From a virus: DNA of 64,000 nt. The position numbers were made by a program, and so were the translations under genes. The notes under the pieces are model-generated. The model searched no databases and had not been told where the DNA came from. It worked only from the letters and a program-made list of their open reading frames with translations. Below, one piece after another: positions 37,363-46,802 of this stretch; positions within the stretch are counted from its first letter, which is position 1, and every line of letters begins with the position of its first letter. The DNA is taken from positions 22,383 to 86,382 of the IMG/VR virus record IMGVR_UViG_3300030108_001677, one strand, 5' to 3'.

Positions 37363-40300
37363 TTAACCGCTTTGGGGAGGCGGGGGTAGTGGAGGCATCA
37401 TTTCATCTTGCACCGAATCATCCATTGGCACTTCAACTTCTTGCTCATCCTTCATTTCTTGTTCAGTCTTTCTTGGTAAGCGAATTGTGGCTCGGTTGCC
37501 CTCAACTTCTAACTCTCCCTCAAGATCTTCACCCCTACCATCTTTGGTGCTGATGCGAATATGTTGTGCCCCGCCTGTTGGTATTGTATCTTCGGGTTGA
37601 TATGGGTCATAGAAAGGCGTGGCTTCTTCATCCACCAACTCGGTCGGTCCTGTTGGATTAGTGAACATATCCATCATACCCGACCAACCACCACCAGTAA
37701 TGCTACCGGTCAATCTTGCCAATGGTGAGCCTTTGCCACCTTTCTCGGTAACATCATCGTCAATTGCTTCATTGACAGTCCATTTACCATTCTCATCACG
37801 CTCAAGTCCGTATTCTGTGCCAAACTGCTCAACATCTTTTTCAGTTAGTCCTTCGACAGCATTAGTCAATTCGTCAATGGACATAGACTCATCTTTCTCG
37901 GCAATAAGCCTCCTTGCCGCTACCAGTTTTTGCTCAACGGGTTTAGGATCTCCTTCGGCATCTAACAGTGACGCTTTGTATAGTGTTGACTTGACTGTGG
38001 TTAGTTTGGGTGGGTATGGTGTCAATTGTTTTATGTCATACTTCAACAAATGCACACCGATAGCACCCCATACGGGTATTTGTCTTTCAGCGTGCTGTGC
38101 TAAAGGACTGGCTGGTTCAATACTCTCAATGTCAAAACCCTCACCATCCCATTCACCTTTTACTACCAAAGGTGCAGGGTGCCCACTGTATTCTAACACG
38201 ATGTTTTGGTTACGAATAGACACTGTTGGGAATGGCGCATACATCTTTTTCATGTCGCCATCCGGTGTGTAACACACCCATTTGTGGTGAGTTTCCTTGC
38301 CCTTCATGAATGTTGAAGTGGCATCACGCAACCACAAATCACCACCCAAAGCATCCATGTTTGAGCGCAAACCACCAGCATCGCTGAATTTACAATCGGC
38401 TGGCATAGGGAATGAAATGCCTTCATCGGTTTCATACAAGGTGCGGAGTATAGACAACCTATCCTCCAATTTTTCCATGTGTATATCATCGCCTTTATGC
38501 ACTAACAAATCAATAGCCCGATAATGCCCATCATTTAGAACACCATCAAATAGGCAATCGCCATCTTGCTTTCTAACTCCCTCTTTTACCTTTAATGGTA
38601 GTGATACATTTTTGCCCCTACCGTTGGTTGCCTTAACATGACCACCTTTCTTTTCGACAAAGACACGCTTGCCTTCGGGTTTCTTTTGCACTACCCAATC
38701 ACCAGTAAAGCCTTTGAGATCTGCAATAGATGAAAAGTCGTATATGGTATGTGCTGGTATTATTGATTGCTCAAATACACCTGTCGGTTTGTAATCATCG
38801 GATTTGAATAAGTCACCACTTATCATAGAGTTTGCACCCATCATATCCGTAGCCTCAAGCGCAGGTATGCCGTTGACCTTTTCTTTGATTTGGTAATCTT
38901 GAAATGTTGGGTGAACCATGCCTACATGGCCTTCATGTGCGGTTCTTTGTAATGTTTCAAACGGTTTGTCTTTTACATCAAAGCGTATTGCATTGTTTTT
39001 CCTATCCCAATTATATGCCAATGTCGCTGGCATTTTATGACCCCAAGCATCTTTATCTCCTGTAAGATACACTGGTGGCATTGTAGCCATTGATGTTGGT
39101 GAAATAGGTCCGATTGGCACATCACGCTGTGCCAAACCTAAGCCCATCACCATAGGTGCAAATGATGTCATGCTGTCGTCACCACCAGCCCTCATCAATT
39201 GCATGTTAGCCGCTTTAGCCAACTGTTGAATGTTTGCTCTTGCTATTGTATTGCCTAAAACATCTTTAGGATCTGTTCCAAATAACAACTCCGGACCGTA
39301 TTCTTTGCTCAACTGTGCCGCCATTTGTTGCATCATTCGGCCTAAGTGTGCATCGGTCTTTTCATAATGGTCATTGTGATATGTGTGAAATTCCTCATCA
39401 CCGGGATGTCGCTCTCTTGTCGGTCCGATTCTTGGTTGCCCTGCATCTGTATGTGATGCGATTATCCTACCCAAACCATTCGGATTGGTAGCGAAAGCAT
39501 AAGATGGTATTATCATACGCTTACCTGTGCCTTGAATCTCACTTGGGTGATAATGTGCCCCGTTTGATATTGTTGACCACAAAGCCCTTCGCCTGTTGAA
39601 ACCACGAACATAAGGATGTTCCGAACCTGCCGCCCACCCTGTTGAAATGGCTGAACGGTGCGGGTGTCCTTTCATCATTTCGTGGTTTGCAGTTTGAGGA
39701 AAAAATGATGAGCCACTACTATGCCAAGCATCTTCACTGTCATTTAATGGATGATTGCGGTCAGCCAACCAACCAAACAACTCATCACCAAGCCAACCTT
39801 TGAATGCGGCAGGGTATGAATCTCGCATCATTGTTTGGAGGGATTGAGCATCACGACCAACCCCTCCCCAGTATTGGAAAGGCAACCAATAGTGATGAGT
39901 CATTGATGGCTCAATCGTGTTATTGTCACCCATAACATACGGGCTTTTCAAATGAGTCAAACCCGAAGCCGTATCTTCGGGCGATACAGGTCCGTGGCGA
40001 TCTGATGGGCGTTCCCACCAACGGGCTATCGGTAAGAAACGCTCAAACCAATTGCGCTTTGCTCTATCCCACGATACACCCGATGTTGCTTTGAAATCAT
40101 TTTTTATCTTTCTTGCATCGGCACCGTTTGGATTTTCAGTTTGACCCAATTTCTTGAGGGTGTTCATGAATTGCTCACGCTGGTCAATACCTTGCCATTC
40201 TAAACCAAACAAGTATGACAATAGGCCAAGCCTACCTTGTTTGCCAGCCCACTGCTCTTTCTTTTGCTCAAGATATTCTTCATCGTCAAGATATGAAAAA

Positions 40301-40869
40301 CGGTTCATCCTATCAGCCATATACAAATCATGTAGTGATTCGATTGGCCTACCTACAATATCAGCATACTCTTTGGGTATCTTGCCCAGCCTTTGAGCCT
40401 CTTTCATTGATTTGATAATTGATTGACCTTCTTCATCTTCCTCAATCAAATGTAAAAGGTGGTCAACAAATGATGGTTCACCATATTCAGCCCCGTGTAG
40501 CAAAGGCATTGTTGGCAATTCGTATGACATTGGGTGTCGCTTACCAAACCTGTTATCTTCACTTGCTACCGGCCAATCCTGTGCGTATGTGCGTGAGAAC
40601 CTTCTTTGACCAGCGATATAGTCCTCATACCCCTGTGGTAAATTGAGCGTGGTCATTGGTGATGGCTTGTCCATATCAAGCATCGAATACTGTGGTGGTG
40701 CTGTCATTGGTAGCATACCAAGTATTGCCTGATCTTCTTTCTCTATTTGTGTGCTATCGCCATAGTAATCGTCTAACGCTTTGAGATAGATGTCGTGGTC
40801 TATGTCTTGATTTTGAACAATTGACAAAAATGTGTCTGTTCTTATCCTTACAAATTCTTCACGGTTCAT
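37363..40869 (-). CDS. 1168-aa multidomain protein containing a degenerate ATP-dependent ligase/nucleotidyltransferase-like domain
   Basis: WVVQKKPEGKRVFV, LFDGVL, AIDLL..G, LEDRLSIL at about 38250-38800; the rest is unknown. Confidence 0.7.
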   Translation of the reverse strand: MNREEFVRIRTDTFLSIVQNQDIDHDIYLKALDDYYGDSTQIEKEDQAILGMLPMTAPPQYSMLDMDKPSPMTTLNLPQGYEDYIAGQRRFSRTYAQDWPVASEDNRFGKRHPMSYELPTMPLLHGAEYGEPSFVDHLLHLIEEDEEGQSIIKSMKEAQRLGKIPKEYADIVGRPIESLHDLYMADRMNRFSYLDDEEYLEQKKEQWAGKQGRLGLLSYLFGLEWQGIDQREQFMNTLKKLGQTENPNGADARKIKNDFKATSGVSWDRAKRNWFERFLPIARWWERPSDRHGPVSPEDTASGLTHLKSPYVMGDNNTIEPSMTHHYWLPFQYWGGVGRDAQSLQTMMRDSYPAAFKGWLGDELFGWLADRNHPLNDSEDAWHSSGSSFFPQTANHEMMKGHPHRSAISTGWAAGSEHPYVRGFNRRRALWSTISNGAHYHPSEIQGTGKRMIIPSYAFATNPNGLGRIIASHTDAGQPRIGPTRERHPGDEEFHTYHNDHYEKTDAHLGRMMQQMAAQLSKEYGPELLFGTDPKDVLGNTIARANIQQLAKAANMQLMRAGGDDSMTSFAPMVMGLGLAQRDVPIGPISPTSMATMPPVYLTGDKDAWGHKMPATLAYNWDRKNNAIRFDVKDKPFETLQRTAHEGHVGMVHPTFQDYQIKEKVNGIPALEATDMMGANSMISGDLFKSDDYKPTGVFEQSIIPAHTIYDFSSIADLKGFTGDWVVQKKPEGKRVFVEKKGGHVKATNGRGKNVSLPLKVKEGVRKQDGDCLFDGVLNDGHYRAIDLLVHKGDDIHMEKLEDRLSILRTLYETDEGISFPMPADCKFSDAGGLRSNMDALGGDLWLRDATSTFMKGKETHHKWVCYTPDGDMKKMYAPFPTVSIRNQNIVLEYSGHPAPLVVKGEWDGEGFDIESIEPASPLAQHAERQIPVWGAIGVHLLKYDIKQLTPYPPKLTTVKSTLYKASLLDAEGDPKPVEQKLVAARRLIAEKDESMSIDELTNAVEGLTEKDVEQFGTEYGLERDENGKWTVNEAIDDDVTEKGGKGSPLARLTGSITGGGWSGMMDMFTNPTGPTELVDEEATPFYDPYQPEDTIPTGGAQHIRISTKDGRGEDLEGELEVEGNRATIRLPRKTEQEMKDEQEVEVPMDDSVQDEMMPPLPPPPQSG

Positions 40870-40883
40870 CTAATCCCCCCTAT

Positions 40884-42347
40884 TTAGAGGCGATTAGCAA
40901 TTGACTCCATGAGGTTAGCAATCTCATCAACAAGTCCGGGATTTGTAGCCCCTTTTTTCAATTCCGTTAGCCTTTCTTCGATTGGTGCGATATTCCAATT
41001 GCCATCAGCACGGTCGCCTCCGTCAATCAATTGCATGTGTAAAGATGAGCCTTTAGCATCATAGCCTGTCTTAGCAAACGCTGGCATCTTTGCCTTTTCG
41101 CTAATTGCGTTGATATTTTGTGCGTTTTGTTCGTAGTGTGGTATGCGCCCATTGGTTTGGTAATTAACCGCCCTAATTCCATAGTGGTCAACAAACTGTG
41201 GCACACCATTATCGCTGATTGACTCTTGCTCATACTTTACTAAGTCAAGCCCAGTCTTTTGTGATATAAAGAGGGAGGTAGCATCGGCTGATGCCTCTTT
41301 CATCCAGTCGGGTTTAGGTGCTAATATGCTTGACCCATCACCTTCTGTGCTGAAATCCGAGCGTTGTCCGAAACCGGGTCGTGGTGTTCGTGTTATTTCT
41401 CTCCTTGCATCGCCCGTTAATGTGTTCTTTGAACCCGGCACTGCTTTACCGGTTCCACGGATTTTGTTTCCGTGTTCATCTTTATCCTCCGAGTCAGTGT
41501 AGTGTTGCCGACTCGCCATGTTAAACGCTCTCGGATCGACGGTATATGCCCCGCCCATACGGTCGCCTTTGCCACCACCCATCGCTTCGTCTTGACTCAT
41601 TCTTCGGCTGGTTGAATTGTGGGCACCCATCGGCATCATTTTATCAGTATTCTTTCTAATAAATTCGGCAGTGAAGTCCTCTTTCTTGACAGGTTTCTTT
41701 GTTTCCTCTTTGAATGGTATTTTCTTGTTACCCCTGTCGGATTTGTAATCGCCTGTTTCTTTGCCCTTCTTGGACTGTTCGATCTTCTTACCAACAGTTT
41801 TCTCCCAACTTGACAATTTACCGTCTTTGTCACGGTCAGCGAGTTTTGGATTTTCCAATTCTTCATTCATCATATAATTGCCTTTATCCTCATTCATCAT
41901 GTAATTGCCTTTCTTCATGTCACCACAGTGCTTGTCGCACTGCGCTTTTTGACTTGGTGAACATTCGGAATAATTTTTGCCAAATTTCTCTTGGCAATAT
42001 TTGTTCTTTTCACCCATGTCGCCCATGTAAAGACCGCCTTTGTTTAGGCCAGTGCCGCATGTTGGGTCGTCTTTACACATGCGTTTGCACATAGCACCCT
42101 TGCACATGCCACCTTTGCCCATTTTTTCACCGCTTGGCTTTTTGTTGAATTTACCCTCACGATCCATTTCACGGGCTTGTTCGTAATTTTTGTGCGCTTT
42201 ATCTTTATCACCATCGCCCATAATATCAGCAAAGATTTGCTCATTGTCTTTCTCTTTCTTGGCTTTGACTATGCTCTCCAACTGCAAAACATGTTGTAGC
42301 AATTCTCCTTCGGCTGTTTTCATAGGGTCTTTCCATCGTGGTTGCAT
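40884..42347 (-). CDS. Low-complexity charged protein with Cys-rich segment and DxDxDG Ca-binding-like motif; putative internal head protein
   Basis: ADRDKDGKLSSWE; K/M/G-rich; duplicated KGNYMMNE. Confidence 0.65.
   Translation of the reverse strand: MQPRWKDPMKTAEGELLQHVLQLESIVKAKKEKDNEQIFADIMGDGDKDKAHKNYEQAREMDREGKFNKKPSGEKMGKGGMCKGAMCKRMCKDDPTCGTGLNKGGLYMGDMGEKNKYCQEKFGKNYSECSPSQKAQCDKHCGDMKKGNYMMNEDKGNYMMNEELENPKLADRDKDGKLSSWEKTVGKKIEQSKKGKETGDYKSDRGNKKIPFKEETKKPVKKEDFTAEFIRKNTDKMMPMGAHNSTSRRMSQDEAMGGGKGDRMGGAYTVDPRAFNMASRQHYTDSEDKDEHGNKIRGTGKAVPGSKNTLTGDARREITRTPRPGFGQRSDFSTEGDGSSILAPKPDWMKEASADATSLFISQKTGLDLVKYEQESISDNGVPQFVDHYGIRAVNYQTNGRIPHYEQNAQNINAISEKAKMPAFAKTGYDAKGSSLHMQLIDGGDRADGNWNIAPIEERLTELKKGATNPGLVDEIANLMESIANRL
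41862..41913. repeat. 27-bp-period coding duplication (KGNYMMNE x2)
   Basis: tcattcatcat(a/g)taattgccttt occurs twice. Confidence 0.75.
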
Positions 42348-42351
42348 TGTA

Positions 42352-42702
42352 TCACCTGTATTTTATTGAGGATGGTGTCGAATGTGACGGCATGGCATTT
42401 TCCATTTGTCGCCATTCTTCTAATTCCGCCATGCCCTTGTTTAGCATCTCGGATTTGAAACCGCTAACGAAATCGGGGCTGTCGCCAACTTCACGGTTTA
42501 GAGGGTCAAATACTTCGGCTGATAGTGGTGTAACTGCTTTGAGCCACCCTGCCTTCTTCATCAATGATTCGGGATCGTCAACTGCTTTTGCCAAAATGCT
42601 GTTGTCGCTTTCTAACTGTTCAACTCGCTTTCTCAAATGGCGGATTTCTTCAACCATTTCCTTCAACAAGTCTGCTGTTGCTTCACCTGCATTTTCGCTC
42701 AT
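42352..42702 (-). CDS. Hypothetical coiled-coil protein
   Basis: LLKEMVEEIRHLRKRVEQLE; head cluster. Confidence 0.7.
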   Translation of the reverse strand: MSENAGEATADLLKEMVEEIRHLRKRVEQLESDNSILAKAVDDPESLMKKAGWLKAVTPLSAEVFDPLNREVGDSPDFVSGFKSEMLNKGMAELEEWRQMENAMPSHSTPSSIKYR

Positions 42703-42703
42703 A

Positions 42704-43258
42704 TCACATGCCTCCCATCATTGGTCCGGGCATAGCACCCGGTGGCATACCTGCTGGTCCGGGTGCTGGCATGTTTTGTAATCCCTGTGGTGGCATCATT
42801 GGAGGCTCACCATGATTTACCATACCTGCGTCTTTGAGTCGAACCATCTCAACAAAGTTTCTTGTTTCTTCGATTTGAGAACGGAGAGCCATAAGTGTTG
42901 AAGCGTGTGTCATTACTGCATCGCCATCAAGACCGTCTGTGTATTTTGCTTGACCAATTGTGCCAATGTGGGCAGTAATGTCGGTAGCCAAGTCGCTAAG
43001 TCTTTGTTCAGCATCAGCCAGTGCTTCTTTACTGGATTTATACACCTTGCCACTTGTTACCATAGCGTTCATTTCTTCGGGTGTTGGACCACCGGACATC
43101 TCCGGTGGTGTGCTAAGTGGTGTTGATGGCATACTTACTTGATTGGGATTACTTACCATTTGACCGGACTTGCCGCTATCGGTATCTTGCTTTTGTAGTG
43201 AATTAGCAAAATTTAACACCTTCATGCGTTCCGCAATTGAAGCATTTTGCCTATACAT
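42704..43258 (-). CDS. Hypothetical protein with P/M/G-rich C-terminus
   Basis: 184-aa ORF, tightly packed in the head cluster. Confidence 0.7.
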   Translation of the reverse strand: MYRQNASIAERMKVLNFANSLQKQDTDSGKSGQMVSNPNQVSMPSTPLSTPPEMSGGPTPEEMNAMVTSGKVYKSSKEALADAEQRLSDLATDITAHIGTIGQAKYTDGLDGDAVMTHASTLMALRSQIEETRNFVEMVRLKDAGMVNHGEPPMMPPQGLQNMPAPGPAGMPPGAMPGPMMGGM

Positions 43259-43266
43259 GTTTTACA

Positions 43267-43638
43267 CTACTCCGATTGTGGTCGCCACGGTGTTTGTCGG
43301 CCATAGCGTGAAACACCTAACACTACTGCACCTTCGGTTCCGTCATAGTCCGAAGAAGTATTCTTGTGTCGGTTAATGTTTCCAAGCATTTGACCGGTTC
43401 CTTCAACTGGTGAATTGTCGCTCTTTGATAGCATGGCTGTTTGCTCAAAAGATTTAGCAAGATTCATGTCACGCTCAAGAATCGCTAAAGCGTTCTTTGC
43501 TTCTTCAATGTGCTTTGCTACATCATCTAAATTGTTATGAGCGATAGCCTGTTGCATGGCCTCCATACTTGCTGTCGCTCTCCTTGCCATAGGATCCATT
43601 TTTGCTATAATTCCGAAATCAAGAAAGCCATCACTCAT
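43267..43638 (-). CDS. Hypothetical helical protein
   Basis: 123-aa ORF downstream of the portal gene. Confidence 0.7.
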   Translation of the reverse strand: MSDGFLDFGIIAKMDPMARRATASMEAMQQAIAHNNLDDVAKHIEEAKNALAILERDMNLAKSFEQTAMLSKSDNSPVEGTGQMLGNINRHKNTSSDYDGTEGAVVLGVSRYGRQTPWRPQSE

Positions 43639-43670
43639 CTTAACCAGTCTATCCCATAGCCTCCCATTAA

Positions 43671-43679
43671 ATGAAGGTT
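43671..43679 (-). promoter_or_regulatory. Putative promoter motif AACCTTCAT(TTAA)
   Basis: Intergenic between the portal stop and the 43638 start; recurrent motif. Confidence 0.45.
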
Positions 43680-43687
43680 ATGGAGAA

Positions 43688-45490
43688 TTACAGCCCTAAA
43701 CGCCTATCTAAATTCTTCATTCGCTCATCGGCATTCTTGATTGCCTGTGGTGCTGTGTCACGGCTATCACGCTCGGTTGACGACAAATGATGTTCACCCT
43801 CAAAGCGATTTATGTCTTTTGGACTTTTACCCTTTGCTGATGTTCTCCGACTGTTAAGATTCAATTGACTTAGACCCACCCTTCTTAGTGGTTTCAAATC
43901 TGTGCCATGTGTGGTTCGCATGGCTTCGGGCACTACTTCTTGCCCATGAACAGGATCGCTCTCCCTACGCTTCAATATCTCATCCATTGTGGGTGGCATT
44001 CTCCAATCGCTGGTTTGCACTGGCGCACCACCTTGTGGATTAGGTGCTGGTGGTGCGGCACCCGGTGGTGGAGGCGGTGGTGCTGGTGGTGCTTCTTTGT
44101 ATGTGAATTGTAATACACCTAAGTCGTCACGCAGTTTTGCATCGTAGCCCGCTTGCTTCATTTGTAACATATTACGGATTGCCATTTCATCCCTTCGCAT
44201 GACCATGATTTCATCTTCTTCTTCGTGTGGGTGTAATGATATATCCCATTCAGTGATTTGAAGTGCCTCAAGTATCATCGGAAACAATCTTGCATTGTAT
44301 AGTGTTTGGCTTGCGGCCAAAGCACGATTTGTGACAACAATTTGCATACCTTCATTGTTCAATCCTCCACCGGAAACATCATTCATGAATACATTTGACA
44401 CGCCATAAAATGATGAAATACGCTGTCGTATGTCGTCTTTGATAGGTATGTATTGTAATTCTTCAAGGGTGTCCATCATACGGACATACTCAAGACCACC
44501 ACGCCCACTCTCCGTTTCAACACCAACAGTGGGGATATATTGCGGGTCACGCTCAAGGTGTTCCTGTATGTTTCGTGCTGTCCTTTCGACTGTTTCAAGG
44601 TTTGATGATTTGATAACCATAACGCCTCTTGGCATTCTTCGCTTTTGATATGCCGCATAAACATAGTTATCCATAGCAATCAAAGTATTGACCTGTCGCC
44701 AAAGCGTAGCAACAGGAGAGCGACCATACAGTTTAGATGGCGACCATTTGCTGATGTGTATAACTTCACCTTCGGTATAAACTTGGCCTGTGCCCACACC
44801 TGCTAAATTCATGTAATGAACAGGCACTACCGGTAATCCAGTCTTTGGGCATTTCTCATCTTTGTTGCCTGTTCGGAATGAACGGTCAAGAAGGCTGGTA
44901 TATTGCTTACCACCACGCACACCACGCTTATCAGCAACAATACGCATGAAGATAGGGTCAGCACGGGTTATTTCTTTAATTCTATAAAATTGTGGTTGAC
45001 CGGTTGCAGGATCGACAAAGTATTCCTTTGTCAAAATAATGTAAGCATCGTCAACAATATTCAAGTCCATTTCTATTTCACGGAGTATTTCAAGGAATGA
45101 TTGACCCATTCTATTCTGTGCGTGCAACAATGCGTCAGCATATTCATATTCGGCTTTGTCGGCTGGTCGCACTTCACCACCGCACTTCAAACATGTTTCC
45201 ACTTCTTTTTGATAAGTTTCATCGCATTCTCGGCACTTTGCTACAAACTTTGGTTTCCAGTGCCACCCTTTGCGGAATGTTTCGGTAGCAAGATGATTCA
45301 AGATAGAACGCAACACAATTGATTCGTATGCCGCCGCATATAGGGCTGGAATTGTAATACCCTGTAATAGTGGTGGTTCTTGCACACCACTGGTGAATAA
45401 TGGCATCTCCGGTGTGGGTGTGCTATGTCTTTCCATGTCCACACCCAATGCGGAAAACAAACGATCTATTCGTTTCTTATCAGCACTCAT
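43688..45490 (-). CDS. Portal protein with zinc-ribbon insertion and proline-rich C-terminal tail
   Basis: DLNIVDDAY, EVIHIS...YGRSP, RMPRGV, ISSFYGV; insert CRECD...CLKCG. Confidence 0.9.
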   Translation of the reverse strand: MSADKKRIDRLFSALGVDMERHSTPTPEMPLFTSGVQEPPLLQGITIPALYAAAYESIVLRSILNHLATETFRKGWHWKPKFVAKCRECDETYQKEVETCLKCGGEVRPADKAEYEYADALLHAQNRMGQSFLEILREIEMDLNIVDDAYIILTKEYFVDPATGQPQFYRIKEITRADPIFMRIVADKRGVRGGKQYTSLLDRSFRTGNKDEKCPKTGLPVVPVHYMNLAGVGTGQVYTEGEVIHISKWSPSKLYGRSPVATLWRQVNTLIAMDNYVYAAYQKRRMPRGVMVIKSSNLETVERTARNIQEHLERDPQYIPTVGVETESGRGGLEYVRMMDTLEELQYIPIKDDIRQRISSFYGVSNVFMNDVSGGGLNNEGMQIVVTNRALAASQTLYNARLFPMILEALQITEWDISLHPHEEEDEIMVMRRDEMAIRNMLQMKQAGYDAKLRDDLGVLQFTYKEAPPAPPPPPPGAAPPAPNPQGGAPVQTSDWRMPPTMDEILKRRESDPVHGQEVVPEAMRTTHGTDLKPLRRVGLSQLNLNSRRTSAKGKSPKDINRFEGEHHLSSTERDSRDTAPQAIKNADERMKNLDRRLGL

Positions 45491-46802
45491 TTACAATATC
45501 CCTCCGCCATTGTTCAACAGTTTCTTGAGAAGCGTTCCAAGACTTCATCAATTCAACCTGTAAGTCCTTATTGGAATTGTCAAAAGCCAGCACACGCCCT
45601 GCGTTTTCGTCACCTTCTAAAGCGGAAACAACAATAGCCGCATCGGCTTTTTTGATGGTCAAATAAGGCATGGCTTCTTTTGCCGCTTTGAATATAGCAC
45701 TTTCACCTTCTAACACGAATTGCCGACCCTCCCATGTAATGCGCTCGACATCAAGTTTGCTTTTCAATACATTGGCATAATCTTCCCCACGCTTTGTGTC
45801 AAACGGTAGGGTTAGGCGTGGTGTGCCATTTTTCAGTAATTCCAAATTACCGCCAACCTCCCATAGATTACCTATGAAAGAGTCAACATGTTTGAGAAAA
45901 ATAGGTGGTTTTGTTGTTCCATATTGTAATGTCCGATTGTCTTTTGTTGTGCCTTTACCCACTACCACTGTGTCGTATAACCAACCGTATGTCTTAATCA
46001 AACCGGCTAATTCCGAAGGTGTTGCGTCAATTCCATACGATGTTAAATTGGAGGCATTCATATCTCCGTTCTTTCTCAACACTTCATGGCTCTTTTCCAA
46101 CAGGTTTCTCTCCCTACGACTCAAACGCATTTCAGCATTTAGCCTGTCGTGCCATTCTTTCCAAATACCATCAACATCTTCATCACTGGCCTTCTTTACC
46201 TTAGCAACTGTCTTTCGTAATTGATATTCTAACCTGTCCGGATGATTCAATATTACATTGAAGTCATTGTCGTGCAACTGTAACAAATCCCAATCATCAT
46301 CTTGCCACCAATCAAATTGTTTGAGAACAGCCTGTTGCTCTAAGCGTAGTAACTCAACTACACTTGGCACCACATGGCTTTCTCCCGCCTTATGTAACAT
46401 ATCTATGAGATCTGAACCACTAATGCCAAATTCATCTCGGAAAAACGATTTACTAACCGGAACCTTTGGTGGTGCAGTGGTCATTGTGCCGGGTTGTTCG
46501 GTTGGGTTAGCGACTTGCTCTCCACCTTTGAAACCAGTTATTTCAGCACCACTTGTTGCTTCGGGTGGCTGTTTTTCCGTGTTTTCTTCAATAGCCTCTT
46601 GCCGTTGCTTACTGGCTTCTTTTTGTTTTTCGGCTTCTTCAAGTTTAGATTCGACTTGTTGTAATTCTTGCTCTTTCTTTTTCTTTTCACCAAGCAAGTC
46701 ACCACCAAACAAACCACCAACTGTGCTAACCTCCGGTGGCATAATTTTGACAATAGCATCTTCAAAAGAACGCACTTCGGGGTTCCACACTATGCGTGTC
46801 AT
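45480..46802 (-). CDS. Protein with C-terminal degenerate LAGLIDADG-like domain
   Basis: FIGNLWEVGGNL...PRLTL...PYLTIKK resembles a single LAGLIDADG fold without the canonical acidic residue; preceded by a helical/wHTH-like region. Confidence 0.5.
   Translation of the reverse strand: MTRIVWNPEVRSFEDAIVKIMPPEVSTVGGLFGGDLLGEKKKKEQELQQVESKLEEAEKQKEASKQRQEAIEENTEKQPPEATSGAEITGFKGGEQVANPTEQPGTMTTAPPKVPVSKSFFRDEFGISGSDLIDMLHKAGESHVVPSVVELLRLEQQAVLKQFDWWQDDDWDLLQLHDNDFNVILNHPDRLEYQLRKTVAKVKKASDEDVDGIWKEWHDRLNAEMRLSRRERNLLEKSHEVLRKNGDMNASNLTSYGIDATPSELAGLIKTYGWLYDTVVVGKGTTKDNRTLQYGTTKPPIFLKHVDSFIGNLWEVGGNLELLKNGTPRLTLPFDTKRGEDYANVLKSKLDVERITWEGRQFVLEGESAIFKAAKEAMPYLTIKKADAAIVVSALEGDENAGRVLAFDNSNKDLQVELMKSWNASQETVEQWRRDIVNEC

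Noticed and set aside
38250-38800. Functional DNA ligase call
   Set aside because: Motifs III, IV and V lack catalytic residues; reported as degenerate instead.
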